Below are positions 28,551 through 29,070 of a stretch of DNA of 29,070 bases, one piece after another. Made by a program: the position numbers and the translations under genes. Every line of letters starts with the position of its first letter. The stretch's first letter is position 1. Source of the DNA: a virus (taxonomy: Duplodnaviria > Heunggongvirae > Uroviricota > Caudoviricetes); IMG/VR virus record IMGVR_UViG_2526164628_000008; one strand, 5' to 3'. The notes beneath the pieces were generated by a model. The model had not been told where the DNA came from. It worked only from the letters and a program-made list of their open reading frames with translations, and did not search any database.

Positions 28551-28606
28551 TGATTTCGGAAAAAGGCAGATTCATTTAGCCTGAAACCGATGACAGAAGC
28601 AAAAAT

Positions 28607-29070
<464 letters not shown>

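Overview
This window is the near-complete late (structural/lysis) region of a P2-like (Peduovirus-type) prophage in an Escherichia-like chromosome. It runs from the cos site through Q-P-O-N-M-L-X-Y-K-lysA-lysB/lysC-R-S-V-W-J-I-H-G-FI-FII-E/E'-T-U-D-ogr, then crosses the right prophage boundary into host fieF and pfkA. Three insertion sequences are present: a partial IS3 at the left edge (ends at 389), a complete IS2 (15539-16869, 5-bp target duplication GGGGA) splitting tail-fibre gene H, and an IS110-family element I recognise as IS621-like inserted in a REP element downstream of pfkA, with its 177-nt upstream non-coding bridge-RNA region. Two AT-rich cargo islands sit at the two classical variable loci of P2-like phages. 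One is a two-gene operon next to cos (371-2258, minus strand) encoding a ParB-N-domain protein and an unknown partner whose 3' end is replaced by the IS3 terminus. The other is a single 299-aa orphan gene at the Z/fun position between G and FI (18448-19347). I cannot assign either cargo to a named defence family from sequence alone; these are the best candidates for an undescribed anti-phage/exclusion system. All assignments are by reading the translated ORFs and motifs; no database search was run.
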